The position numbers and the translations under genes are program-made. The notes under the pieces are model-generated. The model had not been told where the DNA came from. It saw only the letters and a list, made by a program, of their open reading frames with translations, and searched no databases. A stretch of DNA of 64,000 nucleotides, taken from a bacterium (GTDB lineage: Bacteria > Bacteroidota > Bacteroidia > UKL13-3). Every line of letters begins with the position of its first letter. Position 1 is the first letter of the stretch. Positions 30,101 through 39,609 of this stretch are shown piece after piece. The stretch spans positions 312 to 64,311 of the forward strand of contig JAWXAZ010000036.1 in NCBI GenBank assembly GCA_034439755.1, given 5' to 3'.

Positions 30101-33007
30101 TGAGCTAAAACTGTTTCCAGACAGGTATGCAGGTACACCCATGGTGCCAGCTTTAGAAACCACAAAGTGATTGTTACGCATGCGCGCATTAATGTTTGTG
30201 GTGAAATACAAAGCACCTGTTGTGTTGGAGTTACTAATTTGATTGTTTAAAACAGAGTTGCTATAAAAATTGGTATTGCTTGTGCTATAGACATACATTC
30301 CATAACAATTTGGCGTGCTAAAACCAACCGAAACTGCATTGTTATAAACTTCACCCCTTTTATTTGCATTGGCTTTGGCATTGTATAAGTACAAACCCAT
30401 ATAATTTGCATCTATTATACGGTTATTATTTACAATAAGTAAATCGCTTGAAGAACTTGTGGCATCGTGACTTTGGATTTGTAAACCATAGTTGCTAGCA
30501 GTGGTTTTACGCATCTTTATTATGTTACCCGAAACATCTAAACTGGATGTTCCATTGGTTAAAATACCTACATAGTAAGGATTAATAATGGTATTTCTTC
30601 TAATTTTTATGGCTTCGGAAGGGGCACCATATACATAGTAATAAGAATAAAAATAAGAGTATTGCCAAATTCCTGCATACCCATTTATAATGGTATTTGA
30701 ATCAATTTCAATGCTATCTAAAATATAGGTATCGTAATAGTACGGACTATTATTGGCGCCAGACATAACAATTCCCATAAAGGCATCTACAGTTGAGCCA
30801 ACGCCTGAAGGATGCGAAATGTCTACCACAGAATTTTTTACCTGAATATTTCTTAACCCCGTTTTGCTGATATGAATACCCCAACCAAAATTGGGATTAT
30901 TTGCCCTAATGGTTAAACTATCAATGCGTATATAACTTTGCCCCACTCTTATTACGTGTCTGGCACTCGTTGTAGCGTTGTTGTTTTGTATAATACATGT
31001 ATTCTTATTGGTACCAACCAAGGTAATGTTATTTGTAGCAGAAGCACCCAAAATAGTATTGTCAATTGTTACCTGGTCTAAATAGGTCCCAGGATTAACA
31101 ACCAGCCTCACGGCCCCTGTAACCCCAGCCATTTGTAAGGCACTAAATGCATCACTTGGCTTAGCAAAATCTGGTGTTGATCCACCAATCTGATAAGTGC
31201 CACTTAAAGGCAAATAAAAATTGGAATTTAAGGTGTCATTGGTTCTATCAGAGTCATTTACGGTGTTTGGCAAACTGCTATAAATCCTAAAATTATTAAT
31301 GGCCCCAATGGTTGGCTGCTGTGAACCAGAGAAAGAAAGTGTTATAGTATCGCAAGTGCCCAAGCTTCCCGACCAAGGCAAAACAACAGCAGCACCTCCA
31401 TTTTGCGTATAGCTAAGATTAAAAGAAGTGACTGTGTTATTACCATTGTTTCTCACCAACACATTCATGTCTCTTGCCCCAGAGGTCATCGGTGGCGTAA
31501 AGTTTGTTATCTTAATAACAGCTAAATTATTGGGAATAGATGGGGTTTCATACGCACCCATTATTGGATTGGTAGCAGATCTGGTTGATCCAAAAATATC
31601 TTTAGGTACATAGACCAAAGGCAAGCCTTGAAAACAAGCATTGTTATTTAACAATAAAGTATCGTTGGCAAAACTTGGATTACCATAAATAGAATTTACA
31701 TTCTGACCAGCTGCACCTTTAAAATTGCCAGAATTGTAATTGGTACCTACATAAATAAGAGATGCATTAGAGGTATCTGGCCTATAAAACAAGTTATAAT
31801 TTAAAGTATCAAAAACGGTTGAAGCTGTTGCGTATAATGGTATGGCTGCTGAAGCCACCTTTTCACTACAAATATTATTCACAAAACTATTTCCCGATCC
31901 GCCAGAAATATAAGCTCCACCATAGGTATTATTGAAACCACTTATATCATGATTAATGGTATTGTTAGAAATTGCCCACTGACTGGTAGCATTTAAAAAC
32001 AAACACCTGCTATAATCATATTTAATCATTCCGCCAATCATATTGTTAATGATAAAACCCTTGTTGCCGCTAAGGTTACTAGAACCTGTTATGTAAATAC
32101 CATAGTATCCAAATCCATGAATGCGGTTATTGGAAATAAGGTGGCGGTTTGGGGCGGTACAAATTGAATTTAACAAATAAATACCATAATTGTATTGGTA
32201 GGATACGCGAGGAAATAACAAGTTATTATCTACTGTAATACCATTTACAAAAGTAGCATAAATTGGATACAAGGCAGCGTCTAAAATACGGCTATTCCTT
32301 ATCTTTAATCCAACATGTAAATTGCTTGAAGCACCTGCTGCCAATATTCCATAATACCCCGACTCTATGGTACAACTATCTATTTCAGTACCATCTATTC
32401 TGGTACCTGATGTAGGCGCTGTGGCACTGTTATTCATTAAAAAAGCGATGTAATTTGTAGAGGTAGTTGTTGTTCCTGTTCCTGTTACCCTAATGTCGCA
32501 ATTCTTAAACTTATTGTTGTTTGAATTTAATCCCATGATATGCACCACAAAAGCATAAGTAGCGCCATTTCCTATGATGGTCATATCTCTAAATGTTACA
32601 TTGGTAGCTAGGTTCAGCCTTAATGTATGCCTATTGTTTAAATCTGCACTGGCAAAAGTAAAAATAGTGCTCGTTCTGCTAGCCCCACTAAATGTGATGG
32701 TATTGGTGGTAGAAGAGCCCGTAATAGCGGGTATGCTTACCTGCTCATTAAATGTGCCTGCCGACAATACAAATAATACAGGCCCACTTACGCCTACCGT
32801 TCCTGTGTTTGCAGGACCACCATCTGCCCTTACTCCTATGCTCGTTAAATAGGTTGCAGCAGAACGAATGTTCTGAAAATTAGTAGTGCTGGCAGTTGCA
32901 CCTGGGTTAATGGTATAAGTACCATTGAGTTGAACAGCTTTCATTTGACCAATTGAGCCAATGAATAAAAGCAAACAAAAATTAAATAACAGTAAATTGT
33001 TCTTCAT
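27164..33007 (-). CDS. Giant right-handed beta-helix repeat surface protein with a T9SS type A C-terminal sorting domain
   Basis: 1947 aa with a signal peptide. Three super-modules each open with a GTY.I(G/N)...DF....A...L...GV.......GT(Y/F).EQ..IP.I.GSS..N.ITF block and are followed by Asn/Gly/Thr/Ser-rich beta-helix repeats and a CARDB-like unit. The C-terminus ..VGPNPFKSNFMV..VEVMDINGKMVY..GSGIYFVKISG.. is the type A CTD pattern. Confidence 0.8.
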   Translation of the reverse strand: MKNNLLLFNFCLLLFIGSIGQMKAVQLNGTYTINPGATASTTNFQNIRSAATYLTSIGVRADGGPANTGTVGVSGPVLFVLSAGTFNEQVSIPAITGSSTTNTITFSGASRTSTIFTFASADLNNRHTLRLNLATNVTFRDMTIIGNGATYAFVVHIMGLNSNNNKFKNCDIRVTGTGTTTTSTNYIAFLMNNSATAPTSGTRIDGTEIDSCTIESGYYGILAAGASSNLHVGLKIRNSRILDAALYPIYATFVNGITVDNNLLFPRVSYQYNYGIYLLNSICTAPNRHLISNNRIHGFGYYGIYITGSSNLSGNKGFIINNMIGGMIKYDYSRCLFLNATSQWAISNNTINHDISGFNNTYGGAYISGGSGNSFVNNICSEKVASAAIPLYATASTVFDTLNYNLFYRPDTSNASLIYVGTNYNSGNFKGAAGQNVNSIYGNPSFANDTLLLNNNACFQGLPLVYVPKDIFGSTRSATNPIMGAYETPSIPNNLAVIKITNFTPPMTSGARDMNVLVRNNGNNTVTSFNLSYTQNGGAAVVLPWSGSLGTCDTITLSFSGSQQPTIGAINNFRIYSSLPNTVNDSDRTNDTLNSNFYLPLSGTYQIGGSTPDFAKPSDAFSALQMAGVTGAVRLVVNPGTYLDQVTIDNTILGASATNNITLVGTNKNTCIIQNNNATTSARHVIRVGQSYIRIDSLTIRANNPNFGWGIHISKTGLRNIQVKNSVVDISHPSGVGSTVDAFMGIVMSGANNSPYYYDTYILDSIEIDSNTIINGYAGIWQYSYFYSYYYVYGAPSEAIKIRRNTIINPYYVGILTNGTSSLDVSGNIIKMRKTTASNYGLQIQSHDATSSSSDLLIVNNNRIIDANYMGLYLYNAKANANKRGEVYNNAVSVGFSTPNCYGMYVYSTSNTNFYSNSVLNNQISNSNTTGALYFTTNINARMRNNHFVVSKAGTMGVPAYLSGNSFSSVAEFNYNNFYRPDTSGNFVFINSWLTGKAFIGLAGNNVNSIIKNPAFIADTLLKSFNGCLNGDTISAITKDINDTIRASIPDIGAYETISVTDDLGALEVLAPTAPIQPGTQDVLIRFINYGLNTVTTANVGLKLNNSPVVTQLWSGSLASCDTTSILFTGLNQINIAAGTVNSMKIFTSAPNSNADNNTNNDTVIVILPTPMKGNYIVGSAPSDFLTITEAVNQLSIRGVDSIVNIRIKTGTYTEQLTIPAIVGSSELNRITFTSLANHVDSVIVSRSNSTTAENFIVKMNGAKYVDFNKLSLRALNASFGYVFDIAQNTGFVNVRDCKMDAPVTTTTSTNMAIVYGINNTIGNISFVKSSFTGGSYGVYFRGTSTIALSNNNVIDSNTFLNQYYMGIYNYYLSNQTIRSNTITTTSAYSAYFGIQAYYVDSAFLISRNYIYSTTANGHGMATYYCDGTPLKYGVITNNVIRMGSGSTTANYGLRESYSSYMLVSNNTVVVNTTSTTTGYAGYFYYNAAYSNTNKIRNNVFVNATTGGVLYHYNPLFGSSDFNLIFTNGTANFVQRGIVAATYTGLQAFKSVNFGDEQNSIQYRPGYFSATNLVPNPNDTAVWSVNGRGDFVSEVTVDFNGNPRPTSIQTGVFDIGAYEVTPAVMPPFCVAVPALPVAGGTQAFLFGTDTVCKVTHDISATVPSSLFIRQYTGTVPPSSSASDARFNTYINMIAPIGSYTFDLDYFYKDVWIGTVPSETDSRLAQNSPGTSWNTFSGSGSTVDSIRNFIRTSFLGTYSVFTGTDNNAPLPVALTDFGGYLSEVDAILLWQTTMEKNSASFVVERAYELGKFTAVGEIASAGNSNVLKNYLFQDRNALNTISVAYYRLKMIDKDGSFTYSKVIAIRKVTDESIVSVGPNPFKSNFMVHHIAGNINVEVMDINGKMVYNTNLESDGVAKISFPQSIGSGIYFVKISGQNQSKLFKMVKE

Positions 33008-33116
33008 AGAAATATATTAAAGTATCGTAAATCAAATTAAAAAAATATTGAAAACCTATTTATTAATTTTTAACTAAACAAATTAATAATAAATTAATAA
33101 ATGAGTTAAAAATAGA

Positions 33117-34850
33117 TTAAAAATGCAGTTCTTTTTTGCTCATTTTTGAACGCAAAATCACCCCATGTGAAAAAGACTTAGCATCGTACTTTACTTTAAT
33201 CTTTTTGCCAGATTTACAATCAAACTCTAATATCACCTTCATGGTGTTAATTGCCTTTTCGTTACTCAAGGAAGCACAAAGCTGATAAACATCGTTTTCT
33301 GTGCCACAATTTGCAAGCTCAATGGTAGACAATTCGCCTTTTTGCTCAATTAATTTATCGGCCACAAAATAATAAGGGTACAAACTAGAATAATAATTAA
33401 TGCGGTAACTCGGCAAAGGCTTCCAAATTTTGCCCCCTTCTTCCCATCTAACATTTTGAAAAGTATACGCCTGCCACAACAACTTTTTCGACTTAGCATT
33501 AAATTCAAAAAAATGAGGAACAGTTCCCATGCAAATTAAATAATTGCTTTTTCCCATGGCCTGAACCGAACCCATTTGCGGAGAAAAATAATCCTTCATT
33601 AATACCTCTTTAAAATAAAAAGACTTAAGCACTTCATTGGAAGAATCTACCTCATCTCCCACCCGTAACTCACAAATACCAGAACCGGTTTCGGCATTGC
33701 CATTATTAAATATTAACAAGTTGCCTTTCGCATTAAACCTGGGCGCATGCTGCTGCTCAAAAGCCAACCCAGTTTCAATAGAATCCAAAAAATTAATTTT
33801 CTTTAACCCATATTGATATAAAATTTGATTACTGCCCATGTCAATTTTCATTACCGTATTAAAGGTCTTAAAACTAGCGTAAATCAAGTGCTTCTTTTCA
33901 TCGACAGCCATGCCATTTAAATGCCCCAATCTAGTGGGATTAAACAAATCTATGCTTGGCGAAATATTATATTGACGCTTTAATTCGGGCAACAAATCAA
34001 AACGCCAAACCTCATTTCTATCTGCATCAAACTCAACTATCGTTTCACACAAAGTATTGTCTGGAACACCAATTAACCCAGCAGTTTCGTCAAAATCTGT
34101 GACCTTTCTTTTACCAGCCGCTAAGTAATTTCCATTGCTTAATTTCTCAAACTCATGGTGAAACTTATCACTTCTGCCAACAGATTCTTCGAGCTTGGTT
34201 GGCCCCACCCAAATCATTTCTCCGTTTAATTTACATTCCTTCACTTCCCCAAATCTATTATCCACCAAAGTAAGCGTACCTTCATTTGTAAGATTAATAT
34301 CACGAATGGCATGATCGTATTTATAATTAAGAAAAAGCAGTGGTTTTCCCTGCATATCCAACACCAATTTTAAGCCATCCACAATGAGTATACCCTTTTC
34401 CTTTTTCTTACTGAGTTTGGTAAAAACCACTTTCTGAACCAAGGTATCTACCAACTCCGATTTACTAATATTTAAAATAAACTCTTTAGAAGTGTATAAG
34501 ACATTTTTACCTTTTAAAGCCTCATAATACCAACGATAAGTTTTCCCAAAATTAAAAGGCTGACTTAACATGGTAGCTCTAAATTTTGAACTATGAATAT
34601 ATATTAAAGTGCATTTTTCTGCGCGAATATCGCAAGACGAAAAATAAAACTTATACCCATTGGCGCCCTGTTGTTTAGGCACCTCAAACATAATCTGTTT
34701 ATAATTTATTGCCTCGCCATCTATGGGTGTTATATGCTGGCCTGAACCAATATTTTGTTGAAAAAAAAACAGGACCAAAAGCGGTAATCGGAGACAACTT
34801 TTATCAAAAAAATTCTTTACAATCATATTTACAAATCTAAATAACTTCAT
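33117..34850 (-). CDS. Secreted beta-propeller protein, arylsulfotransferase (ASST)-like
   Basis: 577 aa with a hydrophobic N-terminus. Segments such as ..FHHEFEKLSNGNYL.. and ..EQQHAPRFNAKGNLLIFNNGN.. resemble ASST-family proteins. The assignment is by memory of the family pattern only. Confidence 0.4.
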   Translation of the reverse strand: MKLFRFVNMIVKNFFDKSCLRLPLLVLFFFQQNIGSGQHITPIDGEAINYKQIMFEVPKQQGANGYKFYFSSCDIRAEKCTLIYIHSSKFRATMLSQPFNFGKTYRWYYEALKGKNVLYTSKEFILNISKSELVDTLVQKVVFTKLSKKKEKGILIVDGLKLVLDMQGKPLLFLNYKYDHAIRDINLTNEGTLTLVDNRFGEVKECKLNGEMIWVGPTKLEESVGRSDKFHHEFEKLSNGNYLAAGKRKVTDFDETAGLIGVPDNTLCETIVEFDADRNEVWRFDLLPELKRQYNISPSIDLFNPTRLGHLNGMAVDEKKHLIYASFKTFNTVMKIDMGSNQILYQYGLKKINFLDSIETGLAFEQQHAPRFNAKGNLLIFNNGNAETGSGICELRVGDEVDSSNEVLKSFYFKEVLMKDYFSPQMGSVQAMGKSNYLICMGTVPHFFEFNAKSKKLLWQAYTFQNVRWEEGGKIWKPLPSYRINYYSSLYPYYFVADKLIEQKGELSTIELANCGTENDVYQLCASLSNEKAINTMKVILEFDCKSGKKIKVKYDAKSFSHGVILRSKMSKKELHF

Positions 34851-35132
34851 ACAAATTTTTTAAACCCAAATTTAAGTAATGGAAAATGCTGAATTAAATA
34901 TACCAAAGCTATTTGATAATTTTATTAGGGTTAATGCCGATATGCCAAATAACAGTACAATGAGATATTTGTGGAAATTGGACTTTAAAACCAAAACTTT
35001 AAAGTATTATGCCAGTACAATAGCCGCTAAGGCCAACATTATTCTATTCTATATAGTCTAATACAAGTTGCTTTTGGGTAAATAATAATTGTAATTAATT
35101 TTAAAATAAAACTTGCTTAATTTGTATGCAGT

Positions 35133-36128
35133 ATGAAATATGATTATTTAATAATTGCAGTTATTTATATTTCAATAGCTAGCTGCAACAATTTCTCTAA
35201 AAAAAACAATGAAACCGCTAACAACCTTCAAAAAACAAATGCCCTAAATTTTGCCATTCCAGATACGCAAAATATCCCTAAAGACGCCTTTGGCCAAGCT
35301 GTAAGGTATGGTCAACAATTGCTCGTAAATACAGTTTATTATATTGGCCCAAATGGCATAAAAGGACAATACACGGCAAACAAAATGAACTGCAGCAATT
35401 GTCACCAAGATGCTGGTACCAAGCCCTTTTCTTTTAACCTCATGCGTGCCCATCAAAACTACCCGCAATACCGCTCTCGCGAGAACAAAATATTAACCTT
35501 AGCAGATAGAGTTAATAACTGCGTAATGAGGCCACATAATGGCCAACCTCTGCCTTATGAAGGTGAAGAAATGACTGCCATATTATCCTATTTAAAATGG
35601 ATAAATTCATTTGTGATAAAAAAAGACAGCTTTTTAGGTTCGGGCAATCAAGAAATTCAATACCCACCAATTGCAGCTAGCCCTATAGAAGGAGGTAAAC
35701 TTTATAAAATACATTGCCAACGTTGTCACCAAGCCAATGGTGATGGGGTGTTTGGTTCAGACAGTAACAGCTATATTTACCCGCCTCTATGGGGCCCTAA
35801 GGCTTACCAAGCCGGTTCTAGCATGCACCGAGTTACCAAACTTGCTTCTTGGCTTAAGTCCAATATGCCGCATAAGGAAGCCCAATGGAACAAGCCAATT
35901 TTAACCGATGTGGAGGCTCTGCACTTAGCCGCTTTCGTAAACGAAGATACAATGCACCCAAGGCCATTTAAAGCAATACCAATTGATTACCCTAACCCTG
36001 ATACAAAACCAATGGACTATGACCATGGGCCGTATGCCGATACCTTTACAGAGGCACAACATAAATATGGCCCTTTTCCTCCCATTATAGATTATTGGAA
36101 GAAAAAGGGCCAAAATTTGAATCGGTAA
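35133..36128 (+). CDS. Dihaem c-type cytochrome lipoprotein, TsdA/SoxA-like (thiosulfate dehydrogenase family)
   Basis: Two CxxCH motifs (CSNCH, CQRCH). ..NYPQYRSRENKILTLADRVNNCVMRPHNG.. has a Cys about 40 residues after haem 1, as in TsdA. ..PPLWGPKAYQAGSSMHR.. follows haem 2. Lipobox ISIASC. Confidence 0.6.
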   Translation: MKYDYLIIAVIYISIASCNNFSKKNNETANNLQKTNALNFAIPDTQNIPKDAFGQAVRYGQQLLVNTVYYIGPNGIKGQYTANKMNCSNCHQDAGTKPFSFNLMRAHQNYPQYRSRENKILTLADRVNNCVMRPHNGQPLPYEGEEMTAILSYLKWINSFVIKKDSFLGSGNQEIQYPPIAASPIEGGKLYKIHCQRCHQANGDGVFGSDSNSYIYPPLWGPKAYQAGSSMHRVTKLASWLKSNMPHKEAQWNKPILTDVEALHLAAFVNEDTMHPRPFKAIPIDYPNPDTKPMDYDHGPYADTFTEAQHKYGPFPPIIDYWKKKGQNLNR

Positions 36129-36270
36129 TAACCAAAATCAATGTCACATTAGAGGCATCAAAAATAGTTAGATGGCAAAAAAAAATATTTATGCCTCAAA
36201 TGAGTTACTATTACAATTTAGGAAGTAAACTTATTCTAATTGAAAATTTAACACCACCTTTTAAAGCATG

Positions 36271-37506
36271 TTATACCAAATTAACCAAAGCCATTTCGAG
36301 TCCCTTTTTCAATAGGCCTTTTTGCTTTGGGTTAAATTGATGCAAGCGCATCAAACCTTGCCAAATAGTTTTGGAGGTATCTTTAAAAATTGCTTCATCG
36401 GTTAAGTCAACCTCATCGTTGCTCATGCAATAGGCAAATACGCGCGCCATACCGCAATTGGCAATATAATCTGGAATAATAGCTACGATATCGTCGGTAT
36501 AATTTGCAATGGGACCCAAGAAAATTTCTTGGTCGGCAAAAGGCACGTTGGCACCGCAACTAATCACTTCTAAATCATTGTCGCGCATTTTCTCTATTTG
36601 ATCTTGTGTAACCAAACGCGAAGCTGCTGCAGGCACAAAAATCTCTGCCCCTACTTCCCATATTTTTTCGTTTACTTCTTCATAACTCAACATATCTGGA
36701 TGAACCAAAGTATTGCCCTGTTTAGTTAAAAATAAGTCTTTTATTTCTTCCTTGCTAAAGCCAGTTGGCTTCACCAATCCGCCGTTTCTATCGATGATGC
36801 CCACAATTACCACACCATATAAACTCAAGTAATAAGCAGCCGCCGCACCTACATTTCCCCAACCCTGGATAATGGCACGTTTGTTAATGACATTGCCGCC
36901 CCAAATGCTGTAAAAATGCCGCACAGCCTCGGCCACACCAAATCCGGTAATCATATCGGCTACCAAAAAATTGCGTGATACCTCCGGCGAAAACCTATCG
37001 TCGTTTAATACCTTTGAAACCCCAATGCGCAAGTTGTTGATGCGAATTTGCTTAGCTGCACCTTCCACCTTAAAATGGCCAGTTACCACACCTTCTTGTG
37101 GGTGCAACAAACCATATTGCTCGGTAATGGGAATTACCTCATGAATTTCATCTACATTTAAATCGCCACCCGTGCCATAATAGTTTTTCAACAAGGGATA
37201 AACCGCCTTATACCAACGCTCCAAAACACCTTTTTTTCTAGGATCGGCCGGATCAAAATTGATACCCGATTTAGCACCACCTATGGCTGGTCCGGCTACG
37301 GTAAATTTAATTTCCATGGTTTTAGCCAAAGAAGTTACCTCATGCTTGTTAAGGCCTTTTCTCATGCGCGTTCCACCGCCAGCAGCGCCACCACGCAAAG
37401 AGTTTATCACCACCCAACCTTCTGCTTCGGTCTCGTTATCCTTCCATTCGAAAACAATTTCTGGTTGCTTTTCTTCGTATTTCTTAATGAGTTTTTGTAA
37501 TTGCAT
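36271..37506 (-). CDS. Glu/Leu/Phe/Val dehydrogenase family protein
   Basis: ..GGAAGGGTRMRKGL..AGPAIGGAKSGINFDP.. is the catalytic Lys region. Rossmann motif ..IQGWGNVGAAAAYYL... Confidence 0.85.
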   Translation of the reverse strand: MQLQKLIKKYEEKQPEIVFEWKDNETEAEGWVVINSLRGGAAGGGTRMRKGLNKHEVTSLAKTMEIKFTVAGPAIGGAKSGINFDPADPRKKGVLERWYKAVYPLLKNYYGTGGDLNVDEIHEVIPITEQYGLLHPQEGVVTGHFKVEGAAKQIRINNLRIGVSKVLNDDRFSPEVSRNFLVADMITGFGVAEAVRHFYSIWGGNVINKRAIIQGWGNVGAAAAYYLSLYGVVIVGIIDRNGGLVKPTGFSKEEIKDLFLTKQGNTLVHPDMLSYEEVNEKIWEVGAEIFVPAAASRLVTQDQIEKMRDNDLEVISCGANVPFADQEIFLGPIANYTDDIVAIIPDYIANCGMARVFAYCMSNDEVDLTDEAIFKDTSKTIWQGLMRLHQFNPKQKGLLKKGLEMALVNLV

Positions 37507-37542
37507 AATTGCTATATTTCTATTTATTATGAGTAAATTAAT

Positions 37543-38634
37543 CTATATGAGTGAATTAAAATTTCCGTAAAGTGCCCCGGCCACATGGTCTCTTTGCGAG
37601 CCCGTTACCGAACACAAAACGTTGTTCTGGTTGCTTATTCTTAACACCCCCAGAAATGCAAAGATAAGCGCCTCTTTAAACTGAACCAATTCTAATGAAG
37701 GAATATGTATTTCTGCCTGGCATTGTTGGCGAATTTGTTGGATCAAAAAATCGTTGAAAGCCCCGCCACCCGTAAGCAAAATGCGATTTAACTTTACCTC
37801 ATTAATTACCTTGGCAATTTGAAAAGAAATATGTTTAGACAAGCTCGCCATCTTTTCTAGTTCATTTAAATGCGGAAATTGATCTAACAGCGGCCAAATA
37901 TTTTGGTTCAGCCATTCAACTCCCAATGAGCGTGCGCCGCTTTGTTGGTAATAAGGCAGCAGGTTTAAGGCCTGAACCAATTCGTCGCTGGGCATTGCGC
38001 TTTGTGCCATGTGGCCTTTGTTATCGTATGGCTGACCCAAGGCCTGGGCGAGCTGATTAAAAACTAAGTTGCAGGGCGAAATATCGAATGCAACCACTTT
38101 ATTTTCTTGTTTAAATGATATGTTAGAAATGCCGCCTAGGTTCAAACAGCCCTCAAAACCTGCGAATAACAAGGCATCTCCAATTGGAACCAAGGGAGCT
38201 CCTTGTCCGCCCAAGGCCAAATCCATGCTTCTAAAATCGCAGACTACAGGCAAGCCACAGGTGGCACTAATGGCAGCACCATCGCCAATTTGAGCCGTAA
38301 AGCCCACATTGGGTTGGTGAAAAATCGTATGCCCGTGCGAGGCCACAAAATCGGCTTTTAATTGCGTTTCTTCTGCAAATTGTTTAACAAGTTGCCCTAA
38401 ATACCGACCATAAAAAGCATGGGTTTTGGGAAATATTTCTATGCTTTGTTGCGGCAATTGCTGCAAACGCGCAACCCACATATCAGAATATGGATAGGTT
38501 TTGCCAGCAATAATGTTGTATAGCCAATTTTGGCCATCCCAGTTAAAATCGCAACAAGCAATGTCTACGCCATCAAGAGAAGAGCCGCTCATAAGCCCAA
38601 AAACGCGATAATGATTCTGATAAATGCTAGTCAA
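37543..38634 (-). CDS. anmK: Anhydro-N-acetylmuramic acid kinase
   Basis: ..GLMSGSSLDGVDIA.. at the N-terminus, ..NLGGISN.. and ..TGGGAFN.. are AnmK signatures. Confidence 0.85.
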   Translation of the reverse strand: MTSIYQNHYRVFGLMSGSSLDGVDIACCDFNWDGQNWLYNIIAGKTYPYSDMWVARLQQLPQQSIEIFPKTHAFYGRYLGQLVKQFAEETQLKADFVASHGHTIFHQPNVGFTAQIGDGAAISATCGLPVVCDFRSMDLALGGQGAPLVPIGDALLFAGFEGCLNLGGISNISFKQENKVVAFDISPCNLVFNQLAQALGQPYDNKGHMAQSAMPSDELVQALNLLPYYQQSGARSLGVEWLNQNIWPLLDQFPHLNELEKMASLSKHISFQIAKVINEVKLNRILLTGGGAFNDFLIQQIRQQCQAEIHIPSLELVQFKEALIFAFLGVLRISNQNNVLCSVTGSQRDHVAGALYGNFNSLI

Positions 38635-39086
38635 AGTGAGGCAAATTTACGCCAATTTGTAGCAATTACAATTAATCATTTTGGCAAGTAAAATTGGAGA
38701 AAAACGGCCAGACAAATTTAACAGAAATTAAAACAATGTACTTAATTAAAAATAGCAAAAATTTAGACAGGCTGTTATAACAATGTATCTAATTGAATTA
38801 AATAACAAAATTCAAAAAGTGAAATTACACCAATTGTAATTATTGGAAACTGGGATTAAGAATTCTAGTTATATTGCTTAGACTATATTGGTCTCAAGAA
38901 ATTTCTCACCGGCCCCCTAAATGATTGGACTACAGTTAAAGTTTAAAAAAACTCTAATTTAGAACCAATGAAGAATTAAATGCGTTAATGATGTAACAAC
39001 TTCCCCGCATAGTGTAAGGCATTCCCAAGCTATTTAAAACACATTTGATTATAATTATTGAAGTCAATAATTTAAGTCAAATAAAA

Positions 39087-39584
39087 ATGAAAGAAATAAT
39101 AAATCAAAATGTTGAGAAACTAATCGAAATGGTTACAGACGTGAGAGTTTGCATGCTCATAACCAAAGAAAAAAATGCCGAAAATTTATCGGGAAGGCCA
39201 ATGAGCATAAGTAAAATTGATGCCGATGGAACCTTGTGGTTTTTCACTAAAGCATCATCCTACAAAGTTGAGGAGATTGGAGAAAGTAAAAAAGTATCTA
39301 TTTCCATTACCAATGAAAGCAGCAATAATTATTTAATGATTCATGGCACAGCCACTTTGGTAAGCGACAAAACCAAAATGACTGAGTTATGGAATTCTAT
39401 CATGAAAGCTTGGTTTCCGCTTGGTTTGGCCGACCCAGACATGACGCTGATTAAAGTAATTCCCAATGAGGTAGAATATTGGGACAGCAGTTCAAGCAAA
39501 ATGGTTGTTCTTTTTAACATGCTAAAAGCAATTGTTACAAGAAAAGAATATGAAGAAGGCGAACACGGAAAAATTAATTTATAA
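39087..39584 (+). CDS. Pyridoxamine 5'-phosphate oxidase-like (general stress protein 26 type) protein
   Basis: ..SGRPMSISKIDADGTLWFFT..V.ISI.....NYLMIHGTA.. pattern. ATG at 39087. Confidence 0.7.
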   Translation: MKEIINQNVEKLIEMVTDVRVCMLITKEKNAENLSGRPMSISKIDADGTLWFFTKASSYKVEEIGESKKVSISITNESSNNYLMIHGTATLVSDKTKMTELWNSIMKAWFPLGLADPDMTLIKVIPNEVEYWDSSSSKMVVLFNMLKAIVTRKEYEEGEHGKINL

Positions 39585-39609
39585 CCAACACATAACAATA
39601 AAATAAATC

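Noticed and set aside
34879-35061. The 60-aa ORF in the gap between the ASST-like gene and the cytochrome gene.
   Set aside because: It lies in an AT-rich intergenic region. I can point to no motif, no signal sequence and no convincing ribosome-binding context. Left uncalled.
36150-36200. The hairpin gaggcat..atgcctc between the cytochrome gene and the dehydrogenase gene, considered as a terminator.
   Set aside because: It has only a 7-bp stem with a loop of about 31 nt. That is too weak to call.
36095-36340. The 81-aa plus-strand ORF overlapping the end of the cytochrome gene and the end of the dehydrogenase gene.
   Set aside because: It overlaps two well-supported genes and shows no recognisable features.
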